Position numbers and translations under genes: made by a program | Origin: Pseudomonadales bacterium | GTDB lineage: Bacteria; Pseudomonadota; Gammaproteobacteria; Pseudomonadales; IMCC2047 | Assembly (NCBI GenBank): GCA_021736745.1 | Contig: JAIPFG010000001.1 | Coordinates: 1 to 52,253, forward strand | Direction of reading: 5' to 3' | DNA length: 52,253 bases | Shown: one piece after another, positions 1 through 8,197 of the stretch | Layout: the number at the start of each line of letters is the position of its first letter | How positions within the stretch are numbered: the stretch's first letter is position 1 | Notes under the pieces: generated by a model | Databases searched by the model: none | The model's input: the letters and a program-made list of their open reading frames with translations, nothing else | Told to the model about the DNA's origin: nothing

Positions 1-105
1 GTACCCCTGCTTCGTCAGCGAATGTTGGCCATTCAGTTCATCGCCCACCGTGTCGGCCGCTTTCTGGAGCGCCAGGGCCTGTTGGGAAGGGATAATGCAG
101 AGTAA
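1..105 (+). CDS. 3' end of an ORF entering from upstream of the window (...IAHRVGRFLERQGLLGRDNAE*); possibly a truncated transposase remnant
   Basis: Frame +1 is open from base 1 to TAA at 103-105. Only 34 codons are visible. From memory, the RVGRFLERQGLL..RD.AE string resembles an internal segment of IS91-family transposases. This is unverified. Confidence 0.3.
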   Translation, partial: VPLLRQRMLAIQFIAHRVGRFLERQGLLGRDNAE

Positions 106-237
106 ATTGAAATCTGGGTCAAAGGAGTTCTTGCTTCTCAAGAGGGCATTTTTATCAAATCGGTACGATAACTTGTTGAATTATTATAATTATCCGTTAA
201 TCTACCGCCTTTAAAAAGACATTATAAAATCAAAAAT

Positions 238-1539
238 ATGACACGTTATTTCGTTGCTGGGGATGAATTAGTAAAATGGAGCTTTCTAGCTGAACTAAAT
301 CACACTTCCGATCCGAAGGATGCTTTTGATATAGCATGCCTGCTTCCCAGTACGGATTTTAATCTTGTATCCCAACAGTTATTCAATGCAAGACGACTAT
401 TAACGCCAATTATCAATTTAACTGGCATCAGCTGGGACCGAGCTGATTATCACGCCAGCAATCCCTCCCTGGCCGAGATAACGAAAGCGTCCGAAGAATT
501 AGCGCCTCTACTACAAGCAGTGGATCAACTTAACATTCGAGAGAGTGCTGATTATCCGAGTCTCGCCATTCTTGGTATCGCGCATACTCGTGGCAAAATG
601 ATTTCGACTCTGCGTTCAGCCAATATAGCCTGCTTAGTAGATTATCCCTTAATTTCGGGTATCACCGAGCAACGACGCTTACTGGAAGAATTGGCACATT
701 ATGGCCTGCTGGAACGCCAGTATTTTGATCGTTTGCATTTTTGTGGGCAATGCGGGTCATCCCGCCTCCATGTGCGCGAGGAGTGTATCTCTTGTCGCAG
801 CAGCAATTTACAAGCAGTCAGCCTGGTTCATCACTATCGTTGTGGATATCAGGCTGTTGAAACTGCTTTTCGCCATTCGCAAAACCTCGAATGTCCCAAA
901 TGTCATAAGCAATTACGGCATTATGGTGTTGATTATGACAAACCATCATCGGTACACAGTTGCGGCTCCTGTGGCGAAATATCTGACGAACCGGCTATTG
1001 GTTTTGTGTGTAATGATTGCTCAAAACATGAAGATGGAGCCAACATTTCAGTCCGTGAATGGCATCACTACCACCTGACACCCAGCGGAGCCGCAGCGCT
1101 GCAAGCAGGCTTTTTACCGCAAAATTCTTTACAAAGTATGTTAAGCCAGACTGTGGGGATTTGTCCCACAGCCGAGTTTGCTTCCTCCGCCGCCTATCTT
1201 TCCAAAATCGCAGAGCGCTTCTCGCGTCCTCTCAGCGCCTTGATATTACAGATCAACAACTTTGATGAATTACGTAACAATTTTGGCGTTTCCAACCTTG
1301 CGAGTGCCTTTATGTTGCTTGGCGAAGTTGTTTCCCAAATTGTTCGTTCCACTGATCTGGTCGCAGCCAAAGGGCAGTGCATTTATCTCTTATTACCAGA
1401 AACAAGTTTCGATAACCTGGATATCGTAATGCAACGGCTGCAGGAGGAAACAACCCGCCACATTTCCTTACCGCTAGACCTGAGCATTAAGCGCTATCAG
1501 ACAGAAACCATAACGGAATTATTGAGAGATATCCTCTAA
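238..1539 (+). CDS. Cys-rich (tandem zinc-ribbon-like) protein with a C-terminal degenerate GGDEF-like domain; putative c-di-GMP receptor
   Basis: 433 aa ORF. CxxC pairs at aa 169/172, 183/186, 219/222, 242/245 and 258/261. The C-terminus aligns by eye to a GGDEF fold: RSTD (aa 370-373), 5 residues, then GQCIY in place of GGDEF. Its stop overlaps the next start (TAATG). Confidence 0.75.
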   Translation: MTRYFVAGDELVKWSFLAELNHTSDPKDAFDIACLLPSTDFNLVSQQLFNARRLLTPIINLTGISWDRADYHASNPSLAEITKASEELAPLLQAVDQLNIRESADYPSLAILGIAHTRGKMISTLRSANIACLVDYPLISGITEQRRLLEELAHYGLLERQYFDRLHFCGQCGSSRLHVREECISCRSSNLQAVSLVHHYRCGYQAVETAFRHSQNLECPKCHKQLRHYGVDYDKPSSVHSCGSCGEISDEPAIGFVCNDCSKHEDGANISVREWHHYHLTPSGAAALQAGFLPQNSLQSMLSQTVGICPTAEFASSAAYLSKIAERFSRPLSALILQINNFDELRNNFGVSNLASAFMLLGEVVSQIVRSTDLVAAKGQCIYLLLPETSFDNLDIVMQRLQEETTRHISLPLDLSIKRYQTETITELLRDIL

Positions 1540-2798
1540 TGCTGGCTGATGTCATCGACATTATCAACCAAATGGATATTGATACGTTTTTCTTTATGTT
1601 CTGGTATCTCATCATTTTTGATGCCCCGCGCTACCTTTTCAGCTTAATTGCTATCATCTTCTCCCTGGTCCTTGAACGAAAAAGCCAATATCCAGCACTG
1701 AACAAGCCCGTGAGTCTGATGCTGGTTGGTCATAACGAAGCTCAAGGCTTGGAGCGAAGCATTCTGTCATTGGTTGAGCAAACACATCGTCAAATTCAGA
1801 TTGTCGTGGTCGACGATGGCTCTTCGGATAATACCGCTTATGTTGCCAATCGGTTAAAACAACAGGGATACATTGACGTTTTCCTTTCCACGGGTATCCG
1901 TGGTGGCAAGGCTGCAGCGCTTAATCTCGGCCTGGAGTTTTGTCGGCATGAAATAATTGTGTGCGCCGACATGGACACCTCTTTTGATCGCGACGCTATT
2001 GAGCGATTGACGAGTCGCTTCGTTGACCCATCTGTAGGTGCGGTCGCCGGCAATTTATATCCAAGGAATAGTTTCTATAATCTGATTACCCGGCTTCAGG
2101 CATTAGAATACTTGATGAGTATTTCTCTTGGCCGACGTTTTACCGCGATGATGGGAATACTGACCATTGTCTCCGGTGCCTTTGGAGCATCCCGTAAACA
2201 GGCGTTGTTGGCCGTTGGTGGCTGGGATGTTGGCCCCGGCGACGATGGCAATGTCACCTATAAACTTAGACGATCCGGCTGGCGTATTAACTTTGCCCAT
2301 GACGCCTGGGCAGCGACCAATGTTCCCACCACTACAACAGGCTATATTAAGCAGCGCATGCGCTGGAACAGAAGCGTGATTCGCTATAAGTTTAGGAAAT
2401 TTCGTTCTGCATACCATCCAGGCTGGTACCGATTTTCGTTTTCCGACATTGTCGCACTGAGCAATATACTGTTTTTTCAGGTGATATTAACTATCAGCTT
2501 CTTCAGCTATCTGCTTTGGTTGTTTTACCAAATGGGTAGCGCAGCGCTCTATATTGTCGCCACCATATCCATTGTTTACCTGATAGAGGATGCTATTAGC
2601 TTTATTGCAGCCTGTTTGATTTATCGATCGAGAGAACCTGAGAAACTGGGGGTTTATTTGCTGGCGAGCACTGTTTTTGAAAGCTATGTTGCCAGAGGTA
2701 TACGCTTTTTCGCCTATATTGATGAGTTGATATTCCGACGCTCATTTAGAGATACCTTTGTCCCACTCAAAGTGAAACATGTTCTGGAGCGATTTTGA
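1539..2798 (+). CDS. Processive family-2 glycosyltransferase (membrane polysaccharide synthase; Alg8/BcsA/PgaC/NodC-like)
   Basis: VVVDDGSSDNT (aa 89-99), CADMD DxD (aa 144-146), GDD (234-236), QRMRW (272-276). Hydrophobic N-terminus and 3-4 C-terminal TM helices. The start overlaps the upstream stop. Confidence 0.9.
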   Translation: MLADVIDIINQMDIDTFFFMFWYLIIFDAPRYLFSLIAIIFSLVLERKSQYPALNKPVSLMLVGHNEAQGLERSILSLVEQTHRQIQIVVVDDGSSDNTAYVANRLKQQGYIDVFLSTGIRGGKAAALNLGLEFCRHEIIVCADMDTSFDRDAIERLTSRFVDPSVGAVAGNLYPRNSFYNLITRLQALEYLMSISLGRRFTAMMGILTIVSGAFGASRKQALLAVGGWDVGPGDDGNVTYKLRRSGWRINFAHDAWAATNVPTTTTGYIKQRMRWNRSVIRYKFRKFRSAYHPGWYRFSFSDIVALSNILFFQVILTISFFSYLLWLFYQMGSAALYIVATISIVYLIEDAISFIAACLIYRSREPEKLGVYLLASTVFESYVARGIRFFAYIDELIFRRSFRDTFVPLKVKHVLERF

Positions 2799-3823
2799 TT
2801 ACAAGGCTAAGGAAAAAACAGCGGGTTGATAAACTTCAATCTGAATCAAGAGGCAATAAGGGAACCGTTGGTCGTTGGGTATATCTTATTCTGGCATCCT
2901 GTCTGCTACTCTGGTTGTTGGATACCTTTTTCGGTAAATACATCTTTTTTCGTGCTGACGGCATGGTCATGCGTGATGTTAGCACCATAGCAGTCAGTTA
3001 TACTGCCGCTGTTGACAAGCTAAACGTAGAGGAAGGTAAACCGGCAAAAGCTGGAAAGATGCTGGTACAGCTCAATTCGATTGATATTCTGAAGCAGCTG
3101 GGTGATCTGTCTATCAAAACCGCAGAAGTAAGAAGCCGAATCGCGGAACTACACAGTCGACAGAGCCAACTGAATAAAATGCGGCCCCTCGCAGACGAGC
3201 AGGTTAGAAAAATAGCAAAACTACGCGAAACTGAAGAGCGCGCGATTGCCAAGGGGCTTGTTGATACACGTAAATTATCAGAATTTTTAGAGGATGAATT
3301 CAACAGCCGAATGACCCGGGAAAAACTGCTTGGCGAACAAAGCAGTATCGGACAAGAGACTACGGCATTACGTGAGATCGAAAGCAGTTTGCAAAATAGC
3401 ATCAATAGGATAAATACTGCTTACGCAAACGGTATTGTGGTGGCACCAAAGGATGTTACTGTATCAAGAGTTTATGTCAATGAAGGCAGTGTCGTAAAAA
3501 GTGGAGAACCCTTGCTCGAGTTACTTTCAGGAGATTCCTATGTCCTAGCTTATGTGACTCCCGGCTCAGTATATATTGCCGAAGTCGGTGAAACTGTCAG
3601 CGTTAAATACGGACTGAAAACGCTAAAAGGGAAAATAGCACAAGTTTTCCCCATATCTGCACGATTGCCATTAGAGTTTCAACGGACCTTTAGACCGCAA
3701 GAGCGTACCCAGGTTATGCGTGTTGATTTTGCTCCCAACCAAGATATTCCCGCTACCTTTACCAAGGCTAGGGTAGTTACCGCAGGCTTAATACCCAGGT
3801 GGATAGATGGGCTGTTTAACTAA
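2795..3823 (+). CDS. HlyD-family membrane-fusion (periplasmic adaptor) protein
   Basis: Single N-terminal TM (WVYLILASCLLLWLL), lipoyl-like halves flanking a long charged coiled coil, and a C-terminal beta-barrel-like region. The TTG start overlaps the GT2 stop (TTGA). Confidence 0.8.
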   Translation: MITRLRKKQRVDKLQSESRGNKGTVGRWVYLILASCLLLWLLDTFFGKYIFFRADGMVMRDVSTIAVSYTAAVDKLNVEEGKPAKAGKMLVQLNSIDILKQLGDLSIKTAEVRSRIAELHSRQSQLNKMRPLADEQVRKIAKLRETEERAIAKGLVDTRKLSEFLEDEFNSRMTREKLLGEQSSIGQETTALREIESSLQNSINRINTAYANGIVVAPKDVTVSRVYVNEGSVVKSGEPLLELLSGDSYVLAYVTPGSVYIAEVGETVSVKYGLKTLKGKIAQVFPISARLPLEFQRTFRPQERTQVMRVDFAPNQDIPATFTKARVVTAGLIPRWIDGLFN

Positions 3824-4707
3824 TTATCGCTAATTATCAAGTTTGCTCAGGCAGCACTCTGTAATTATGCTCAAAGCACTCTTTTGTTTGCCAGAAAGCG
3901 ATAGGACTCAGCAACCATAATACAATTAGGCTAGGTATTGCCATTGTTGATGACGAGTTTATTGTACTAAGTCTGGAAAGTATAAGTGTGAGAGGGTGCT
4001 AGCCAACAACGACAAAGAGATGCGCATTGTCACAGAGGACTATAATCTTGTTGAAGGGAGTCATAAATTTTCTCCGCATCAGCATCACACTCAATCAAAC
4101 ATCAAGCATATCGGAAGCTCGTAACCCATCGCTTGTATCCCATTGACAGGGCAAGTCTGGTTGAGTTCTGTTTGCTCGATAGTCATGCCAACGAACCCGT
4201 TCATGCCAATACAAAAAATTAATGCGCTATATTAGCTGAATCAAAGTAAAAAAAGAAAAGGAAGTTGAAAGCTAGTATTAGACATTCTGTTGTTTATAGC
4301 GAATAGGGATTTATCCTTCCTCTACAAAAAATTAAGGAGTTGTCGGAACCTGAGTAGCGAAAAGAGAGGGTTGCGGGCTATTTCTCAGAATATTTGAGAC
4401 ATTCTCAGAGGTTAGCATTTCACAAAAAATATTTAAAAATTAAGTGATAAATGTTCTATTGAGCTTTCCGAAGTCTTTCAAAATGTTGCCAGGAAAGGAT
4501 TTGAATTTTTAAGAGTGTGAATTATGCGCTACTTGAAAAAGTAAAATTTCAACATGAATGTTAAAATTTTAAATTAATTATAAAAATTTTTGGTAATGGC
4601 ATGCTCTATGAAGAAACAGTTTAAGTTATTTAAAATTAATAAATAATCAAGTGAGAGTTATCTTCGGATAGCGCTCTTCCTCAGTTTTTGGGTGACTACT
4701 GTCGATC

Positions 4708-5190
4708 ATGATGAATCAGGAAATATTGAATTCCATCCATGAAAAATGGATGCTCGAAGCTCTTTATTTGGCGCAGCTGGCAGAGCAGCAAGATGAAGTG
4801 CCTGTCGGTGCGGTTGTGGTTTTGGACAATCAAATCATTGGGCGCGGCTTTAATCAGCCGATTTCCGCCAACGATCCCACCGCACATGCTGAGGTTATGG
4901 CGTTGCGTGATGCCGCCAAGCATCAAGGTAACTACCGGCTGGTTGATTGTACCCTCTATGTCACGATCGAACCCTGCGCTATGTGTGCTGGTGCCATGGT
5001 ACACGCTCGCATTAAACAATTGGTTTATGGGGCTAGCGAACCCAAATCGGGGGTTATTACCAGTCATCTCAAGTTGCTTGATGCTGGACATCTGAATCAT
5101 AAGGTTGAGGTGCAGGGCGGTATATTGGCTTCTGAATGTGCTGAACGGATGAGCTTGTTTTTTAAACGCAGGCGTGAGCAGAAGCGATAA
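4708..5190 (+). CDS. tadA: tRNA-specific adenosine deaminase
   Basis: CDA zinc motifs HAEVMALR and PCAMCAGA. Size of about 160 aa. An alternative ATG lies one codon downstream. Confidence 0.9.
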   Translation: MMNQEILNSIHEKWMLEALYLAQLAEQQDEVPVGAVVVLDNQIIGRGFNQPISANDPTAHAEVMALRDAAKHQGNYRLVDCTLYVTIEPCAMCAGAMVHARIKQLVYGASEPKSGVITSHLKLLDAGHLNHKVEVQGGILASECAERMSLFFKRRREQKR

Positions 5191-5228
5191 TTTAAATAAT
5201 TTCTGGCAGACGTTTCTGAAACGTACGA

Positions 5229-6533
5229 CTAACTGATAATCGTTGTTCTCTGTGTTCTGGCGATATGTTCCTTAACTAGTTCCGGTACCCCCGCCTCGTC
5301 AGCAAATGTGGGCCACTCACGTATCGCTTGTTGTACCTGGGCGAGTATTTCCAGCGCCCGGCCGCGTCGCATCGAGGCATTTTTTGCATAGGCGATAAAA
5401 TCATCGAGATGAAAATTATCCCTTTTTCCGTTGAGTGACATCTGATGAAGCCCGGTCCAAGCGCCGGTTGGATTATAGCTATAGGTAAGATCAAAGGCGG
5501 GGGATAAAGACCAATTGCCTGTTTTATCCATCAGAAAGGCAATATTCTTGACATGGTCATCTTGGTTGCGCCCCAGAATATTGAAGCAAAGGCGGCGAAA
5601 TTGTTCTTCGATACTGGCCATGGGTAGCCCCAGTTGACGAATGATATATTGGGCCTGTTCATAGGAGTAGGCTCCTGCCTGATTGAAATCGTAATGGGCG
5701 ATGGCACACAGAGATTGCATATGAATTTTCTGACCAGCATCGGTTCGGTCAAATCTTTTGGTCATAAAGTGGCTACGTCCGTTTTCCTGTAATAACTGGC
5801 ATTCGGTCATGGAGATACCGGCTTGTAGTGCCATCTTGTGATAGGCAAATTCAATAAGACCATATCCCTTCGGGTCTTCGAGTTCTTTGTCTTTATTCCC
5901 GGAGACACCATCGAATTTTAGAAGCCAATAGGAGAAACCTTGCCCGGCGCTAACCTGCCCAGAGCGAACTTCATGGGTTTCCGGGTTCCAGGCGATAATA
6001 GCCTTCGCTCGGGCACCACCGGCAGAAGTCCCGACCCGTAAAATATCCAGTAGTGCTTTTTCTCGTGCCGGACTGCCAAAGGAACTCTCCAATGTGTGAC
6101 GACGGGTTAGAATTTCTCCTGCCAGTTCTACTAGTTTGTTCACTTCAATTTGCTCGGAATCTTTCTGCGAGGGTCCTAAACTAGGGGTAAATTCAAGGGC
6201 CCCCATGCCCCGTTTCCCGGTGTAACAGAGTCGTTCGACCGGATTAAAGCTTTCTGGTGTGCGGCCCTCTCTTGCTAGCCACGTGTCGATAAGTGCATTG
6301 CCAAAACGATCGGGTAGTGAATCCGCCAGTAAACCAGGCAGGCCGTGGAAGGTATGAAAAGGAAGCGTCGGAAAAGCGTATATCTGATCGGACAGTGGCA
6401 TCGTGATAGGGGCAATTTCGATAGCACTGCTAACAAAGCTGGGATCATACTCAAAGTAACCGTAGTTTTTTTCCTTATCCCAACTCACGGCGCCAATGGT
6501 TCGTCCCCAAAGCTGGACGCTGGCAATGGTCAT
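5229..6533 (-). CDS. hipA: Type II toxin HipA-family serine/threonine kinase
   Basis: 434 aa. The N-terminal coupling domain (VQLWGRTIGAVSWD...FEYDP) and a C-terminal kinase core with NQDDHVKNIAF are typical of HipA. There is a 4-nt overlap with the upstream HTH gene. Confidence 0.9.
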   Translation of the reverse strand: MTIASVQLWGRTIGAVSWDKEKNYGYFEYDPSFVSSAIEIAPITMPLSDQIYAFPTLPFHTFHGLPGLLADSLPDRFGNALIDTWLAREGRTPESFNPVERLCYTGKRGMGALEFTPSLGPSQKDSEQIEVNKLVELAGEILTRRHTLESSFGSPAREKALLDILRVGTSAGGARAKAIIAWNPETHEVRSGQVSAGQGFSYWLLKFDGVSGNKDKELEDPKGYGLIEFAYHKMALQAGISMTECQLLQENGRSHFMTKRFDRTDAGQKIHMQSLCAIAHYDFNQAGAYSYEQAQYIIRQLGLPMASIEEQFRRLCFNILGRNQDDHVKNIAFLMDKTGNWSLSPAFDLTYSYNPTGAWTGLHQMSLNGKRDNFHLDDFIAYAKNASMRRGRALEILAQVQQAIREWPTFADEAGVPELVKEHIARTQRTTIIS

Positions 6534-6880
6534 TCTTTATCCCCCCAGGACCAGGACGGCGTTACTTGTTTTTCCTTACTTGGCAAAGAGGCGCGTTGTC
6601 TGACTTTCCCGCGCATTTTTGCCTGCTGAATGGGACTAATGACCGGTGCCGGCGCCAGACCGTCGATCCGTTCAAATAAATCGAGTGCGCGCAGAACGCG
6701 GATGAAGTTGGACAGCTGGGTAGATCGACCTTTTTCCAGGCGCTGGATCGTGGGTACGGACACGCCTGCTTCCATGGCCAAAGCTTCCTGGGTCATGTTT
6801 TTATTCAAACGATAACGGGCGATTCTGGACCCCAGCTCGAGTAAGACCGCCTTATCGGACATCTCTTTTGAAATAGTCAT
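6530..6880 (-). CDS. hipB: HipB-like XRE-family HTH antitoxin
   Basis: XRE helix-turn-helix (MTQEALAMEAGVSVPTIQRLEKG). 116 aa. ATGA overlap with hipA. Confidence 0.85.
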   Translation of the reverse strand: MTISKEMSDKAVLLELGSRIARYRLNKNMTQEALAMEAGVSVPTIQRLEKGRSTQLSNFIRVLRALDLFERIDGLAPAPVISPIQQAKMRGKVRQRASLPSKEKQVTPSWSWGDKE

Positions 6881-6966
6881 TGCAGATCAAAAAGGCCATT
6901 TTGTTTAGTGGATTTTATTTAATATATCACTAATGACTGGTTGCGCAATAACTAATTATTATAAGT

Positions 6967-7018
6967 ATCAAAAATGATGTTTTACGTTTATTATTCTCTA
7001 TAAAACATCAAAAATGAT
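6967..7018. promoter_or_regulatory. Two copies of ATCAAAAATGAT (inverted ATCA/TGAT half-sites) 40 bp apart in the hipBA upstream region; candidate HipB operators
   Basis: Exact 12-mers at 6967-6978 and 7007-7018. Their extensions GATGTTTT (6976-6983) and AAAACATC (7002-7009) are also inverted repeats. They lie between the hipB start (6880) and the stop of the upstream gene (7037). Confidence 0.4.
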
Positions 7019-7036
7019 TATTAATGGCGTAATATT

Positions 7037-8197
7037 TTATTCATATCCGGTCATTTCCAAATAACCACGTCCCAGTTCTTGTTTCCCCTCTGCGTCAAAG
7101 ATGATGATCGCACCTTCCCAATATTTAATACTGACATCCAGCCATTGGTTGGGAATGGCGGCTTGGATGATCCACTCTTTGGCAGTAACAGCCGTAGCTG
7201 TATTTAGCCTGATGCGCCAGCGAATAGGATAGTTGGCACCATTCGGTGCCCGCCACCATGACAGTGGCGTGAGCTGGATATCTTGGGGATGAAGAGTGGT
7301 TTTTTGACTCTCTGGATCAACCCAGCTACCCAAACTGCTGGGGTCAAGATTGCCGTTTTTTTGTCGAAGTTGATAAAACATCATTTCTTCGCCGGAATGG
7401 AATTGCAGAGAGAACCAATCCCATCCTTGTTGGTCCTTATCCAGGAGACTGGTGCCCCACTCGCGGTCGAGCCAGCTTGAACCGGTCACTTGGTGGGGTT
7501 TCCCTCCAATGATGATTTCCCCTGAGCTGGCGAGACGGGTAATGGAGTAATAGTACGAAGCATTCCCTGGTGTTGGGCTTTTCCGGCTTAGACCTTGTTC
7601 ACCCTGTAAAACGACTTTTTTTTCTGGGGTGATAGTTAATGCAAGGGAAAAGTGCTCGCTGTTGATGTTGATTTTCCAGGGAAAATCATTACCGCTAGCG
7701 ATTATGCTCCAGTCATCGAGCCAAAATGACAGAGGACTCACCGTATGCCCGGCCAGGCCAACCGCTTCCCGTGAAAATCGTTCTTCATGCCAATGCTTCC
7801 CGGCCTCAATATCGGTTATGGCCGTGTGTGCCATCCAAACGTGATCAGCGGCCCAGTGTGATTCTCGCTGTTTGTCTTCGGGCGTTAGGGCGATACGAAA
7901 AAAAGTGACCTGATATCCGAAGCGCTTACCGTTAGCGTCCATTACGTTACCGGTAAGATACCACCATTCGTTTTTATAGCCGGCGTGGGTGGCATGATCC
8001 TGGGGGAAGGTAAAGGAGCGGGGCGTAAGCACAGACTGATAGCCCTGAATATCTTGATTCTGGAGTGCTCGTTGCAGTGAATCATTATCCGGTGATCGGT
8101 GACAACCAGCCAGTAGGAAGCTGAAAATGTATAGGGCTAACCCGATGAGACAACGGGGTAAGCCAATAGGGCGGAGATCTGTTGCTGGTAACGGCAT
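7037..8197 (-). CDS. AttH/CrtC-like lipocalin-domain lipoprotein
   Basis: Lipobox LLAGC. The motifs EWWY, WLDREWG and GRGYLEMTGY are typical of the AttH/hydroxyneurosporene-synthase-like family. That family commonly follows FtsX-type ABC permeases. Confidence 0.8.
   Translation of the reverse strand: MPLPATDLRPIGLPRCLIGLALYIFSFLLAGCHRSPDNDSLQRALQNQDIQGYQSVLTPRSFTFPQDHATHAGYKNEWWYLTGNVMDANGKRFGYQVTFFRIALTPEDKQRESHWAADHVWMAHTAITDIEAGKHWHEERFSREAVGLAGHTVSPLSFWLDDWSIIASGNDFPWKININSEHFSLALTITPEKKVVLQGEQGLSRKSPTPGNASYYYSITRLASSGEIIIGGKPHQVTGSSWLDREWGTSLLDKDQQGWDWFSLQFHSGEEMMFYQLRQKNGNLDPSSLGSWVDPESQKTTLHPQDIQLTPLSWWRAPNGANYPIRWRIRLNTATAVTAKEWIIQAAIPNQWLDVSIKYWEGAIIIFDAEGKQELGRGYLEMTGYE

Noticed and set aside
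701-1382. ORF-track entries 701-1078 (+), 1059-1265 (+) and 1194-1382 (-) inside the first gene
   Set aside because: These are out-of-frame or antisense shadows of the 433 aa gene. They have no motifs, and the long frame has coherent domain content.
4696-5100. 134 aa antisense ORF and 118 aa alternative-frame ORF over tadA
   Set aside because: The + frame at 4708-5190 carries the unambiguous deaminase zinc motifs. The others are shadows.
5190-5229. ACGTTT-CTG-AAACGT mini-hairpin between tadA and hipA as a bidirectional terminator
   Set aside because: It has only a 6 bp AT-rich stem with a 3 nt loop and no U-tract, so it is not convincing.
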